DNA from: a virus
Lineage: Duplodnaviria; Caudoviricetes
Length of the DNA: 26,120 bases
Direction: 5' to 3' (one strand)
IMG/VR virus record: IMGVR_UViG_3300042465_000688
Location: 1-26,120 of that record
In this document: positions 1-7,286 of the stretch, one piece after another
Layout of the letters: each line of letters starts with the position of its first letter
How positions within the stretch are numbered: position 1 is the stretch's first letter
Translations under genes and position numbers: made by a program
Notes under the pieces: model-generated
The model's input: the letters and a program-made list of their open reading frames with translations, nothing else
Told to the model about the DNA's origin: nothing
Databases searched by the model: none

Positions 1-352
1 CGGCCAATGATAAAATGCTGGTCAATGTGTACCTGCGATAGTAAGAAATCGCACTACCGAGCTGCATTGGATTCTGTAAGTCAGGCAGTTTCATCATTGA
101 TTCTACATGCTCACCAGTGTCCACATCTATAATCTTGGTGTAGACCATTTGGTCAATGATAGGCTGCATGATGATCAGTCCATTTTCCATCAGGATATTC
201 TCACATGCATCTAGTACAGCATTGAGATCTGCGTATCTTGAATGATGTGACTGAGCATTCTTGTGGACCTTGCCAATTGCCAGCTTTGCATTATGCAATT
301 TTTTGTACATAGGTACCGGAGCTGCACTCTCCTTTTCTTTAACTGTTGCCAT
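1..352 (-). CDS. erf: ERF-family ssDNA-annealing recombinase (3' end runs off the window)
   Basis: Not in the ORF track. Manual translation from ATG 352: MATVKEKESAAPVPMYKKLHNAKLAIGKVHKNAQSHHSRYADLNAVLDAC...QNPMQLGSAISYYRRYTLTSILSLA. It contains the ERF hallmark GSxxSYxRRY and the N-terminal YAxL motif. Confidence 0.88.
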   Translation of the reverse strand, partial: MATVKEKESAAPVPMYKKLHNAKLAIGKVHKNAQSHHSRYADLNAVLDACENILMENGLIIMQPIIDQMVYTKIIDVDTGEHVESMMKLPDLQNPMQLGSAISYYRRYTLTSILSLA

Positions 353-374
353 AATTTGTGGTATTAAATTTCAA

Positions 375-382
375 CAAATATA
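375..382 (-). promoter_or_regulatory. Bacteroidota sigma-A -7 promoter element (TATATTTG) upstream of erf
   Basis: Exact TAnnTTTG match in the short intergenic gap, 22 nt before the ATG. Confidence 0.65.
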
Positions 383-386
383 ATTA

Positions 387-851
387 TTATTTTGAGATAA
401 ACAAATCAAACCATTGAATAAAATCATCAAATGACTTAACTATTAGATATGTTCCTCCAGCTTTCTCTATCATTTCTTGATATAATATCTGTGCTTCTGA
501 CTGTCTATCCTTGCCATACTTAATCTCAATCTTCACTGATCTGCCATTGATTGTGGCTGATATGTCAGCAGATCCCTTTGTGCCAGTTCCTTTGGTCCAC
601 TTCCCTGGCATCTGTCTTGTTCCCTCACCTACCTTCAGCTTGGCTCCTTGCCTCCACATCCCAGTAGTATTGATTCTTTCAGCTTGATATCCTGATAAGT
701 TGATGAATGAAACCACTGATTTAGTCAGAGCATTGGCTGATGAGTCGGCCCACTTAGTCTTTGCCAGTGCGAATTCAGGCATTGAGGGATATTTCTCTTT
801 GAGATGTGCTGTCTCAAGATCAATGAGTCTTTGTTTATTTTCCTTGTTCAT
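387..851 (-). CDS. VRR-NUC / PD-(D/E)XK nuclease (putative Holliday junction resolvase)
   Basis: KGSADI...KIEIK...RQSEAQ...EKAGGTYLIVKSFDDF matches the VRR-NUC pattern, and the gene lies between primase and recombinase. Confidence 0.8.
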   Translation of the reverse strand: MNKENKQRLIDLETAHLKEKYPSMPEFALAKTKWADSSANALTKSVVSFINLSGYQAERINTTGMWRQGAKLKVGEGTRQMPGKWTKGTGTKGSADISATINGRSVKIEIKYGKDRQSEAQILYQEMIEKAGGTYLIVKSFDDFIQWFDLFISK

Positions 852-1038
852 AGATTCTATCTAGTGTTAATGTTTTACCCGGTGCCAAAGTTGTATCTCT
901 TGCCCAGTCTTGTGCGTTTACAAATGTAAATTTATGCTGTTCAGCTGGTACTACTTTCTTCTGCTCTGACAATTTACTGATGAATAGAGCAAAGATTGCG
1001 GACCAGGCTAGGATCATGATGATTGATGTCTGTTTCAT
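835..1038 (-). CDS. Small single-pass membrane protein, unknown function
   Basis: Likely start is MKQTSII (ATG 1038), just after the primase stop. Hydrophobic stretch IIMILAWSAIFALFI. Confidence 0.55.
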   Translation of the reverse strand: MKQTSIIMILAWSAIFALFISKLSEQKKVVPAEQHKFTFVNAQDWARDTTLAPGKTLTLDRIYEQGK

Positions 1039-1039
1039 A

Positions 1040-3415
1040 TTAAAAAGGTGCTTTATCAATTGTTTGTAAATTATCCCATTCAGATTCTTTATTCTGTTCA
1101 GTCACATATTCAATGTAAGGAATGGAGCCATTCTGTTTGCCAGCATCTACTCTTGTAAGTTTACCTTTCTTCACAAGATAATCTCCATACTTTCTGATTC
1201 TGCCTGATGTGTACTTCTGACTGAACCTTCTATAAGTCGGATACTGATCACAGAATTTCTCAAACATATCCTTGAGGATCATTCTCTCATTGAATTTCAT
1301 GTTATCATTTATCCAGCTGTAGAAGTCATGACCTATCTCTGACATCAATCTCTTTTCATCCAGGTTTACTGATGCATAGTTGACAATGCCATTCTTTAAA
1401 TAATACTGAATACATTCAATCATGAAATTGTCAAACTTGCTCCACTCTTGCTCATCCCAATCATAGAATAGATTGCGGCCAAAGTCATGGAATGGTGTGA
1501 AGGTCTTGTCATAGTGATTGTGTAGTTCTATTTCAAACTTTCTACGTTCATGTGAATTCCCTTCACCTTTAAGTACATAGTTTGTTGGGATTGCAATCTT
1601 TGGTGTTCTATCCTTCTCAATAAAGAATTCATCTTTGTTTTTCTTGTTGACTGGCATTCCATCAGTAACAATTGAGAAGAGCTTTTCAAAGTCAAAGTTT
1701 TCATTCACATCATCAAAGATAAGTATCTGAGTATCAAGGCTCACTCGCTGGAAGGCAAAGTCCTTTGATGGATCAAAGTTCTTTCCGTTGATGGTGCATG
1801 TATTTTTAAACTTACTTAATGCTTCAGTGATTATTCCCTTTCCAGTTCCTCCTTGTGGATTGTCAGATATATCCTCATCATTTAATATTATCGCTGGTGA
1901 GTAATATGGATTCTTGTAAGTATGCAGCATGTAACCTATCACAGATCTGAATGAATCATATCTATCTTGAGTCTTGCTGATATTAACAATAAACTGTTGA
2001 AAATCACATTTGCTGCTAGACTTTTTGTAAACTCTATCAATGACTTGCTTATCCCAAACATGCTGAATAAAGTCAACATATTGCTTTTCTTCTACTGACT
2101 GAGCTGTGATTTCTACTAGACAATTCTTATAGAATAGATATGCCTTATCTTTGAGATCTCTAATAAAGTCTACATCCTTTGCTTTCATGTAGCTTAGAAA
2201 GTCACGTTTAAAATACTTAGTGACTGATGCCATAAAGTCAAACACTACATGATCCCCTTGCTTCTCAACATGATCCAGGACAAAGTCTTTGATTAGATCC
2301 TCATTGATTTCTTTTACAAAGTTATTCTCAACCTTGACAAACAGATATGACAGCTCTGAATTCTGATACTTAAAGAATCCATTCTCTGCTAGAAAATCTC
2401 TGTACAAAGTAGGTGATAGTGTGACTCGGCCCTTATCATTTTTCCTCCAAAAGTTTTTTAATTCACTTTCAGCCTTATCCATGATTATCTCAACCTCATC
2501 CTCTGAATATTCTTTGAGCTTTGACTTTATTGTCTTAGGCTTTTCACCTTGCTTCAGTTCATTTTTAACATAGTTGATTATCTCTTTGTCCTCAAATTGT
2601 GATGTGCCAAAGGCTCCCTTATCTCTATATCCTGATTTTATGCATTGCAGCAGCTCATCCCTTCCCAGTACATCAATGTAATTATTGAGAATGTATGTTT
2701 CGCATTCACTTTGCTGGATGCCATATCTGTTGAATGCTGATGCCAGGTTAAAAAAGCTATTGTTTCTGTTGCCTTCTGAGAGCTGGTACTTTGAGTCAAA
2801 CCATTTTTGTATGTTCTGAATGATCTTATTTGTTGACCTCATTGGTATTGTAGCCACATAAGTGACATCAATATCCTCAACCTCTTCAATTATACTAAGA
2901 TATATTTCACTGTTGTTGTTGACATAGATGTCCGGATCATAGGAATCAAAACAATTCCTTGAGATATTGATGGAGCTGTTATCCCAATACTCAGAATCAA
3001 AGTGCTGTTTTAAAGATAGAAAGTGCTTTCTGTGATTCTCAATTACATCTGTAATCTTCACCACTACTTTCAATCCTTTGCCTGATGGTGATGTGAACAG
3101 AATGTAAGTGTAAGGATCTGCACATAACTTTGCTCTATGATCTGCCATCACCTCATCATTAGGATACTTGTCAAAGTCTAAGCATATGAGTCCGCTGTGA
3201 GTCTTTATTCCAGCATCATTGCCATACTCAAAAACACCTGACCATCTGTATACTGGTAATTTGTTTTTCTCAATGGTATATTCATCCTTGCTTAGAGTCC
3301 GCATTTTTAGAATACGATCTCTGTACCTACTATTTTTTATCCTTTCAATGGCAGTTTCTACAGTGATGTAGTTCTTATCAAATGTCTGCTGTACTGATTT
3401 GTATATTGAGATCAT
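1040..3415 (-). CDS. Primase-helicase (BT4734/VirE-N-like primase domain + PriCT-like domain + SF3-type helicase)
   Basis: HSGLICLDFD and FTSPSGKGLK primase motifs; EGNRNNSFFNLA PriCT-like motif; Walker A GGTGKG; Walker B ILIFDD; motif C IPTN. Confidence 0.87.
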   Translation of the reverse strand: MISIYKSVQQTFDKNYITVETAIERIKNSRYRDRILKMRTLSKDEYTIEKNKLPVYRWSGVFEYGNDAGIKTHSGLICLDFDKYPNDEVMADHRAKLCADPYTYILFTSPSGKGLKVVVKITDVIENHRKHFLSLKQHFDSEYWDNSSINISRNCFDSYDPDIYVNNNSEIYLSIIEEVEDIDVTYVATIPMRSTNKIIQNIQKWFDSKYQLSEGNRNNSFFNLASAFNRYGIQQSECETYILNNYIDVLGRDELLQCIKSGYRDKGAFGTSQFEDKEIINYVKNELKQGEKPKTIKSKLKEYSEDEVEIIMDKAESELKNFWRKNDKGRVTLSPTLYRDFLAENGFFKYQNSELSYLFVKVENNFVKEINEDLIKDFVLDHVEKQGDHVVFDFMASVTKYFKRDFLSYMKAKDVDFIRDLKDKAYLFYKNCLVEITAQSVEEKQYVDFIQHVWDKQVIDRVYKKSSSKCDFQQFIVNISKTQDRYDSFRSVIGYMLHTYKNPYYSPAIILNDEDISDNPQGGTGKGIITEALSKFKNTCTINGKNFDPSKDFAFQRVSLDTQILIFDDVNENFDFEKLFSIVTDGMPVNKKNKDEFFIEKDRTPKIAIPTNYVLKGEGNSHERRKFEIELHNHYDKTFTPFHDFGRNLFYDWDEQEWSKFDNFMIECIQYYLKNGIVNYASVNLDEKRLMSEIGHDFYSWINDNMKFNERMILKDMFEKFCDQYPTYRRFSQKYTSGRIRKYGDYLVKKGKLTRVDAGKQNGSIPYIEYVTEQNKESEWDNLQTIDKAPF

Positions 3416-3435
3416 CTTTCTAGAATGTATGTTAA

Positions 3436-3520
3436 ATGAAAAGGCCCCTTCAGCTTTCGTGATGCAGCACTACTCGCCAAAAGAGCCTTTAATAAGTTCT
3501 TCTAATCCTCTGCATAGGAC
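3436..3520 (-). ncRNA. Structured leader RNA (two hairpins with kissing loops, loop-E motif, U-rich 3' end) upstream of primase
   Basis: P1 GUCCU-[AUGCAG]-AGGAU. P2 is a 15-bp stem AAAGGCUCUUUUGGC/GCUGAAGGGGCCUUU with internal loop GAGUA/GAAA and apical GUG-[CUGCAU]-CAC. The two loops are exactly complementary. Confidence 0.72.
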
Positions 3521-3524
3521 ATTG

Positions 3525-3532
3525 CAAATGTA
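3525..3532 (-). promoter_or_regulatory. Bacteroidota -7 promoter element (TACATTTG) for the leader RNA/primase transcript
   Basis: Exact TAnnTTTG match. The predicted start site falls at the base of hairpin P1. Confidence 0.7.
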
Positions 3533-3555
3533 AAACAAATATTCATATGTTATTG

Positions 3556-3730
3556 AACATCCGATTTATTTTTAAACATCCGATTTACTGCCGATTTATT
3601 TTGCTTGTAACTATTTGATAATCAATCAACAGCCGATAATCCGATTTATTTTGTCATTTTTTGAAAAAAAAGTTTTTTACCACATTCTTTAAAAATAAAA
3701 TATATATAGAATAGGAGCTGATGTAATCGG
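3556..3730. repeat. Putative replication origin: CCGATTTA iterons, IHF-like site, AT-rich tract
   Basis: CCGATTTA at 3561, 3580, 3591 and 3641; variant CCGATAAT at 3633; inverted TAATCGG at 3724-3730; WATCAANNNNTTR match at 3608-3620 (minus); A/T tract about 3655-3710; adjacent to the primase-helicase. Confidence 0.65.
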
Positions 3731-3738
3731 CAATCAGA

Positions 3739-3993
3739 TTATTCATACAGCTGCACCCATTCTGTGAGCTTAGCAATGAAGTCATAGTCCTCTAGGATCA
3801 CCAGTCCAGCTGGACATTTCTCAATTGGGCAATCAAACTCCTCTCTTAGCATGAAGATATCTTTCTCAATGGATGACTGGCTGTAATTGTCGGATAGGAT
3901 ATGATTTATCCTGGTATGCAGTCTTGTAATTGTGTACGGCCTTTGTTGAAGGCAATATACAATAGCTGACATTCGTCTTAATTTGTTCCTCAT
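3739..3993 (-). CDS. Small winged-HTH protein resembling the N-terminal HTH of WYL-domain regulators
   Basis: SQSSIEKDIFMLREEFDCPIE resembles the S.RTI.RDI..LR..F..PI helix pattern. No WYL domain follows. Confidence 0.55.
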   Translation of the reverse strand: MRNKLRRMSAIVYCLQQRPYTITRLHTRINHILSDNYSQSSIEKDIFMLREEFDCPIEKCPAGLVILEDYDFIAKLTEWVQLYE

Positions 3994-4409
3994 AGCAATT
4001 GTTTTAAGTCCTCCCTAGTAATGTATCCACTCTTGTCTAGAAAGTGGCTAGAATCGTCTGTATTGAGCTTCAGAGTCAATGTAATCATGTTACCTGATAC
4101 ATGGTCCACGCACATCCACACTTTATCCTCTTCCATTTGTAGCAGATAATCTTCATGTATTTCCTTGTGCAGCTCATTGATTGTCTTTAGATATTCATAA
4201 TCTTTGGCTCTCATCCAAATGTTGTGCTGCTTGAGTCCATGTAATACAGAACAGTGATCCATTCCAAACATCTTTCCAATGGCATCAAGGCTGTGCCATC
4301 TGCGAAGCTCTGACCAAAGGTAATAGCGTTTATAAACTATCTCTCGCTTTCTGTTTCTTACTTTGAGTCCATGCTTCTCAGCTAGATCCATAATCATTGA
4401 TGTGTTCAT
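3990..4409 (-). CDS. DnaA C-terminal (domain IV)-like HTH DNA-binding protein
   Basis: RKREIVYKR...SLDAIGKMFGMDHCSVLHGLK parallels the DnaA domain IV pattern R....V..R...SL..IG..F..DHTTV.H. Confidence 0.75.
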   Translation of the reverse strand: MNTSMIMDLAEKHGLKVRNRKREIVYKRYYLWSELRRWHSLDAIGKMFGMDHCSVLHGLKQHNIWMRAKDYEYLKTINELHKEIHEDYLLQMEEDKVWMCVDHVSGNMITLTLKLNTDDSSHFLDKSGYITREDLKQLL

Positions 4410-4651
4410 GTCAGAGATTTTTGATCATTACTATTCTTGAATAATTCACTATTTGATTCAAGCATTCCAGTCGCTCTTATATAGTCGATTTCAATCTTTG
4501 CACTCTGGATGATTACAGAACCAATTTGCGCCACAGCTTGAGCTTTTTCAATCTCCTTGCTTAATTCCTCTGTAGAAAGATCGTCATTGTCCAATCTTTC
4601 AAGTGCTGAAAAAAGGTGATCACGTAGATCATTTATCTTGTTTTTTGCCAT
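4406..4651 (-). CDS. Phage hypothetical protein, partner of the upstream HNH gene
   Basis: KNKINDLRDHLFSALERL...EIEKAQAV is a pattern I recall following HNH genes in phages. It overlaps both neighbours. Confidence 0.6.
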   Translation of the reverse strand: MAKNKINDLRDHLFSALERLDNDDLSTEELSKEIEKAQAVAQIGSVIIQSAKIEIDYIRATGMLESNSELFKNSNDQKSLT

Positions 4652-5246
4652 TGATTTTTCTTTTTAGTTTGTTGTTTAATCTTATTAGTTGCTGAACATC
4701 TTCCGGGAATCTCTTGATACTATTGCATTGCATATTGTCCATCATGCTTATCAATTCAATATTTTCAATATTACAGTTCAAAGAATTGCCATCCTTGAAT
4801 TTTAAAACTGATCCTTTTGGTATGGCACCATATTGATCCTCCCATACTTTGCGATGATACAAAACCCAATGTGAATCTTTTACTTTGTAATACAAATAGA
4901 TCCTTCCAGTTTTATCTGCTCTTTGTACAATAGTTCCATCCGGCTTCCAATTTGCTGGCCTGTTTCCTTTTTTAAACATTGTCGGCTTGCATAGATTGTA
5001 GATATCATCAGACATTTTTTTTCCTTTATTGTGCGGAACCTGACCTTTCTGATATCTATGAGCAAGGCCTCCTTTTATTAAATTGGTTCTGCCAGATAAA
5101 TCAGATTTTTTAAATTCCTCACTTTTTTTAAGTCCCATTGAGAATGCTCTATTTGCTACCTGGGAATAAGTAAGTCCAAGATCATCAGCAATTGTCTGTG
5201 TTCTTTCATGAGGGAACCTCTCTCTGATGATATCATTGATGCTCAT
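4629..5246 (-). CDS. HNH endonuclease with N-terminal HTH
   Basis: HRKVWEDQYGAIPKGSVLKFKDGNSLNCNIENIELIS is an HNH_3-type motif; FKKG/YQKG repeats; N-terminal IADDLGLTYSQV HTH. Confidence 0.8.
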   Translation of the reverse strand: MSINDIIRERFPHERTQTIADDLGLTYSQVANRAFSMGLKKSEEFKKSDLSGRTNLIKGGLAHRYQKGQVPHNKGKKMSDDIYNLCKPTMFKKGNRPANWKPDGTIVQRADKTGRIYLYYKVKDSHWVLYHRKVWEDQYGAIPKGSVLKFKDGNSLNCNIENIELISMMDNMQCNSIKRFPEDVQQLIRLNNKLKRKINGKKQDK

Positions 5247-5395
5247 ATCTCTTGTACTGCTTTAATTAATGGCGGCCACATGTCAGCCTTCTTGATTGCA
5301 TCCTCTCTGCTGTTAGCTTGCAGCACTCTATAGGCATCTTGCCATTTAGATTTGCTGTTTAGCTTGAATTTATATGTGATCTTCCAGGTCCTCAT
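5243..5395 (-). CDS. Small hypothetical protein (50 aa)
   Basis: Below the track cutoff: MRTWKITYKFKLNSKSKWQDAYRVLQANSREDAIKKADMWPPLIKAVQEI. ATGA overlap with the HNH start; fills the gap exactly. Confidence 0.65.
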   Translation of the reverse strand: MRTWKITYKFKLNSKSKWQDAYRVLQANSREDAIKKADMWPPLIKAVQEI

Positions 5396-5546
5396 TTCTC
5401 TTTGCTTTTATCTTGTAAATAATTAACATGATTGCTGTCCAGGCTAATGCTACATAAACACCTACCCATTCAAACCAATGCCATACACCCCACCAGAATA
5501 ATACTGTTGTGGCTGCCATGACAAATAATACCGCTGCTGTTTTCAT
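5370..5546 (-). CDS. Small two-TM membrane protein (58 aa)
   Basis: Start reassigned to MKTAAVLFV (ATG 5546), right after the stop of the upstream gene. Two hydrophobic segments. Confidence 0.6.
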   Translation of the reverse strand: MKTAAVLFVMAATTVLFWWGVWHWFEWVGVYVALAWTAIMLIIYKIKAKRNEDLEDHI

Positions 5547-5547
5547 C

Positions 5548-5793
5548 TTATTCTGATTTATATGAATTAAAAAAATATTCAAATGATTCATTTTTATTAT
5601 TATCCGTACATCTGCCAGTGTAAAATCCATGATCATAAAAATATTTATTTTGATTTTTCTCCATTTCTTTGGCTTGTTCAATTATTTCAATCATTACATC
5701 TCTTTTAGCTTTTATTTGCTCTTCACTACAAAAAGTACCAATAAATCCTTCGTAATGAAATCTAGCAATCAACCATTCTACTGCTGTTTTCAT
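5548..5793 (-). CDS. Hypothetical protein of the MKTAVEWL-type small phage family
   Basis: N-terminal TAVEWL and IEQAKEMEK motifs, which I recognise as recurrent in Bacteroidota phages. Confidence 0.7.
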   Translation of the reverse strand: MKTAVEWLIARFHYEGFIGTFCSEEQIKAKRDVMIEIIEQAKEMEKNQNKYFYDHGFYTGRCTDNNKNESFEYFFNSYKSE

Positions 5794-5945
5794 GCTCTTG
5801 CTTTTAAAAATTGTTCATATAACTTTACGTTGAATGATGCACTCTTCACATCATCTGATTCTTTTGACTTCCACCATTTAATCATTCTGTTGACCGGTGA
5901 TCTGAATGATACAAACTCATTCTCTTTTTGCTGTACTTTTTTCAT
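5790..5945 (-). CDS. Small hypothetical protein (51 aa)
   Basis: Below the track cutoff: MKKVQQKENEFVSFRSPVNRMIKWWKSKESDDVKSASFNVKLYEQFLKARA. ATGA overlap with the next gene. Confidence 0.65.
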   Translation of the reverse strand: MKKVQQKENEFVSFRSPVNRMIKWWKSKESDDVKSASFNVKLYEQFLKARA

Positions 5946-5950
5946 CTTGA

Positions 5951-6205
5951 TTACATTAATTTTAAACAAACTTTTGACATTTCAGTAGAGATCAATGCAT
6001 ATGTCCTTAGAAGCATTTCTATTTGCCTTGATATTCTATTGTGCTTGAATATGTGCTCATCATATTCCTTATGAGAGATATAGTCCTCACATAGTTTCAC
6101 ATAAGCCTCATCTGCTGCTTGCTCATCTTGAAGCTCTTGAATTTGCTTTCTCATCTCAGTGAGTAAAAGCATTAACTTGTCAATCTCTTGTATTTTTTCT
6201 TTCAT
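5951..6205 (-). CDS. Hypothetical coiled-coil protein, first gene of the early/middle cluster
   Basis: Likely start is MKEKIQE (ATG 6205). Helical heptad-like composition. Confidence 0.6.
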   Translation of the reverse strand: MKEKIQEIDKLMLLLTEMRKQIQELQDEQAADEAYVKLCEDYISHKEYDEHIFKHNRISRQIEMLLRTYALISTEMSKVCLKLM

Positions 6206-6227
6206 CTTTTGTGGTATTGATATGGTC

Positions 6228-6261
6228 AAAGATAGCTATCTTTTCTATATATGCAAATACT
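6228..6261 (-). promoter_or_regulatory. Possible promoter (AGTATTTG variant) followed by a perfect 16-bp palindrome (candidate operator)
   Basis: AAAGATAGCTATCTTT at 6228-6243. The imperfect -7 box is at 6254-6261, just downstream of the lysis terminator. Confidence 0.45.
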
Positions 6262-6297
6262 TATCAGATTTTTTTCACATTTTTTTTATTGGGCCAC

Positions 6298-6327
6298 AAA
6301 AAAGAGTAGCCATTTCTGACTACTCTC
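6298..6327 (-). terminator. Intrinsic terminator after the lysis cassette
   Basis: GAGTAGTCA-GAAA-TGGCTACTC hairpin followed by a T run. Confidence 0.85.
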
Positions 6328-6352
6328 ACCTAAATTACCACATTTGATGGCT

Positions 6353-6814
6353 TTACGAAAAAGCTAGGTATACGGTTGAACCGTTTATCTTTTTGGCCTT
6401 GAGTATTTGACCTCTATTTCCTTTTGCTTTGTAGCTGACATGTACCCAATCAGGCTGTGAGTCATTACCAAACTCCCATATCATCTGATCAAAGGTAAGA
6501 TTTTCCTTGATATATTCAAAGATTTGTGCGTTAGTTATCTTGCCATATCTGTCAGCATCAAGATCACAAGCCTCACCCTTGCAATGCTGCGAGCTGGCAC
6601 TCCCCTTCACAGCACGATTCAAGGCACCGGATCTGTAGCCGGAGCTGATATGAATAGGTACACCAAAGTGCAATCTGAGAGGCTCGAATACATTCTCACA
6701 TAGGAGCTTTGCAGCTGCTAGATGCTTAGGATCAGTGATAGTATTATCTATGCCTCTGCGCTTAGCAGTGTCTGAATGGCAAAACTCTGCCAGTGTGACG
6801 TGATCACTTAGCAT
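6353..6814 (-). CDS. Endolysin, peptidase M15 family (Zn metallopeptidase)
   Basis: SSGYRS, SQHCKGEACD (SxHxxGxAxD) and WVHVS motifs; follows the holin-like genes. Confidence 0.9.
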   Translation of the reverse strand: MLSDHVTLAEFCHSDTAKRRGIDNTITDPKHLAAAKLLCENVFEPLRLHFGVPIHISSGYRSGALNRAVKGSASSQHCKGEACDLDADRYGKITNAQIFEYIKENLTFDQMIWEFGNDSQPDWVHVSYKAKGNRGQILKAKKINGSTVYLAFS

Positions 6815-7013
6815 CTTCTTTAGTTAGTTGTGATAGTGTAGCTGTAACTGTACCAGCTGCGACCATGTATCCAGCTGCTGTGACAAGTGATGCTGGCAAT
6901 ACCACCGGAGCAGCAACAATAGTTGCACCAATCACTCCAAGTGCTACACCAATGCGCTGCACTTTTTTCCAAAACTTTGGCGTCTTAGACTGCCATCTTT
7001 CTTTTAGGCTCAT
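6804..7013 (-). CDS. Putative holin
   Basis: 69 aa, basic N-terminus (TPKFWKKV), two hydrophobic helices, directly upstream of the endolysin. Confidence 0.7.
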   Translation of the reverse strand: MSLKERWQSKTPKFWKKVQRIGVALGVIGATIVAAPVVLPASLVTAAGYMVAAGTVTATLSQLTKEDAK

Positions 7014-7260
7014 ATTTTAATTCTTTAGGTAGTATACCAACAAGCAGATCAGGATACTTTACACCTGAATGCATGTGATTGTCTGATGTTTGAATGCGAT
7101 CTTCCATGCAATCATATAGCTTAGCCTCTACTCTTTCAAGTTTGCCCTCAACAGCATCAAGTCTGCTGGTGAAATAATTGAACATTAACACTAGGATAAG
7201 AGTCAATAATCCTACCATCCCATTCTTTTTGATTGCTGCTGCAATTGCAATTGGATCCAT
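6985..7260 (-). CDS. Membrane-anchored coiled-coil lysis-cassette protein (holin/antiholin/spanin-like)
   Basis: One TM segment (GMVGLLTLILVLMF) followed by a coiled coil; first gene of the lysis block. Confidence 0.5.
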   Translation of the reverse strand: MDPIAIAAAIKKNGMVGLLTLILVLMFNYFTSRLDAVEGKLERVEAKLYDCMEDRIQTSDNHMHSGVKYPDLLVGILPKELKYEPKRKMAV

Positions 7261-7267
7261 GTTAAAT

Positions 7268-7283
7268 TATGCAGTTTTGTTCC
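7268..7283 (-). promoter_or_regulatory. GGAACAA-N5-CATA motif copy (candidate late promoter) before the lysis cassette
   Basis: GGAACAA-AACTG-CATAAT, 7 nt before ATG 7260. Confidence 0.6.
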
Positions 7284-7286
7284 AAA

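Noticed and set aside
3436-3520. Leader RNA as a tRNA or known self-cleaving ribozyme
   Set aside because: No cloverleaf or T-loop, no hammerhead CUGANGA core, and no HDV-like nested topology that I could recognise.
3556-3650. CCGATTTA repeats as a CRISPR array
   Set aside because: Repeats are only 8-13 bp with irregular short spacing, and no cas genes are present.
5547-5681. 103-aa version of the membrane protein
   Set aside because: The extension lies inside the MKTAVEWL gene. ATG 5546 follows that gene's stop directly.
7268-7284. Late motif as a sigma-54 promoter (TGG...TGC)
   Set aside because: GG to GC spacing is 9 rather than 10 nt, and the GC is absent from the other three copies.
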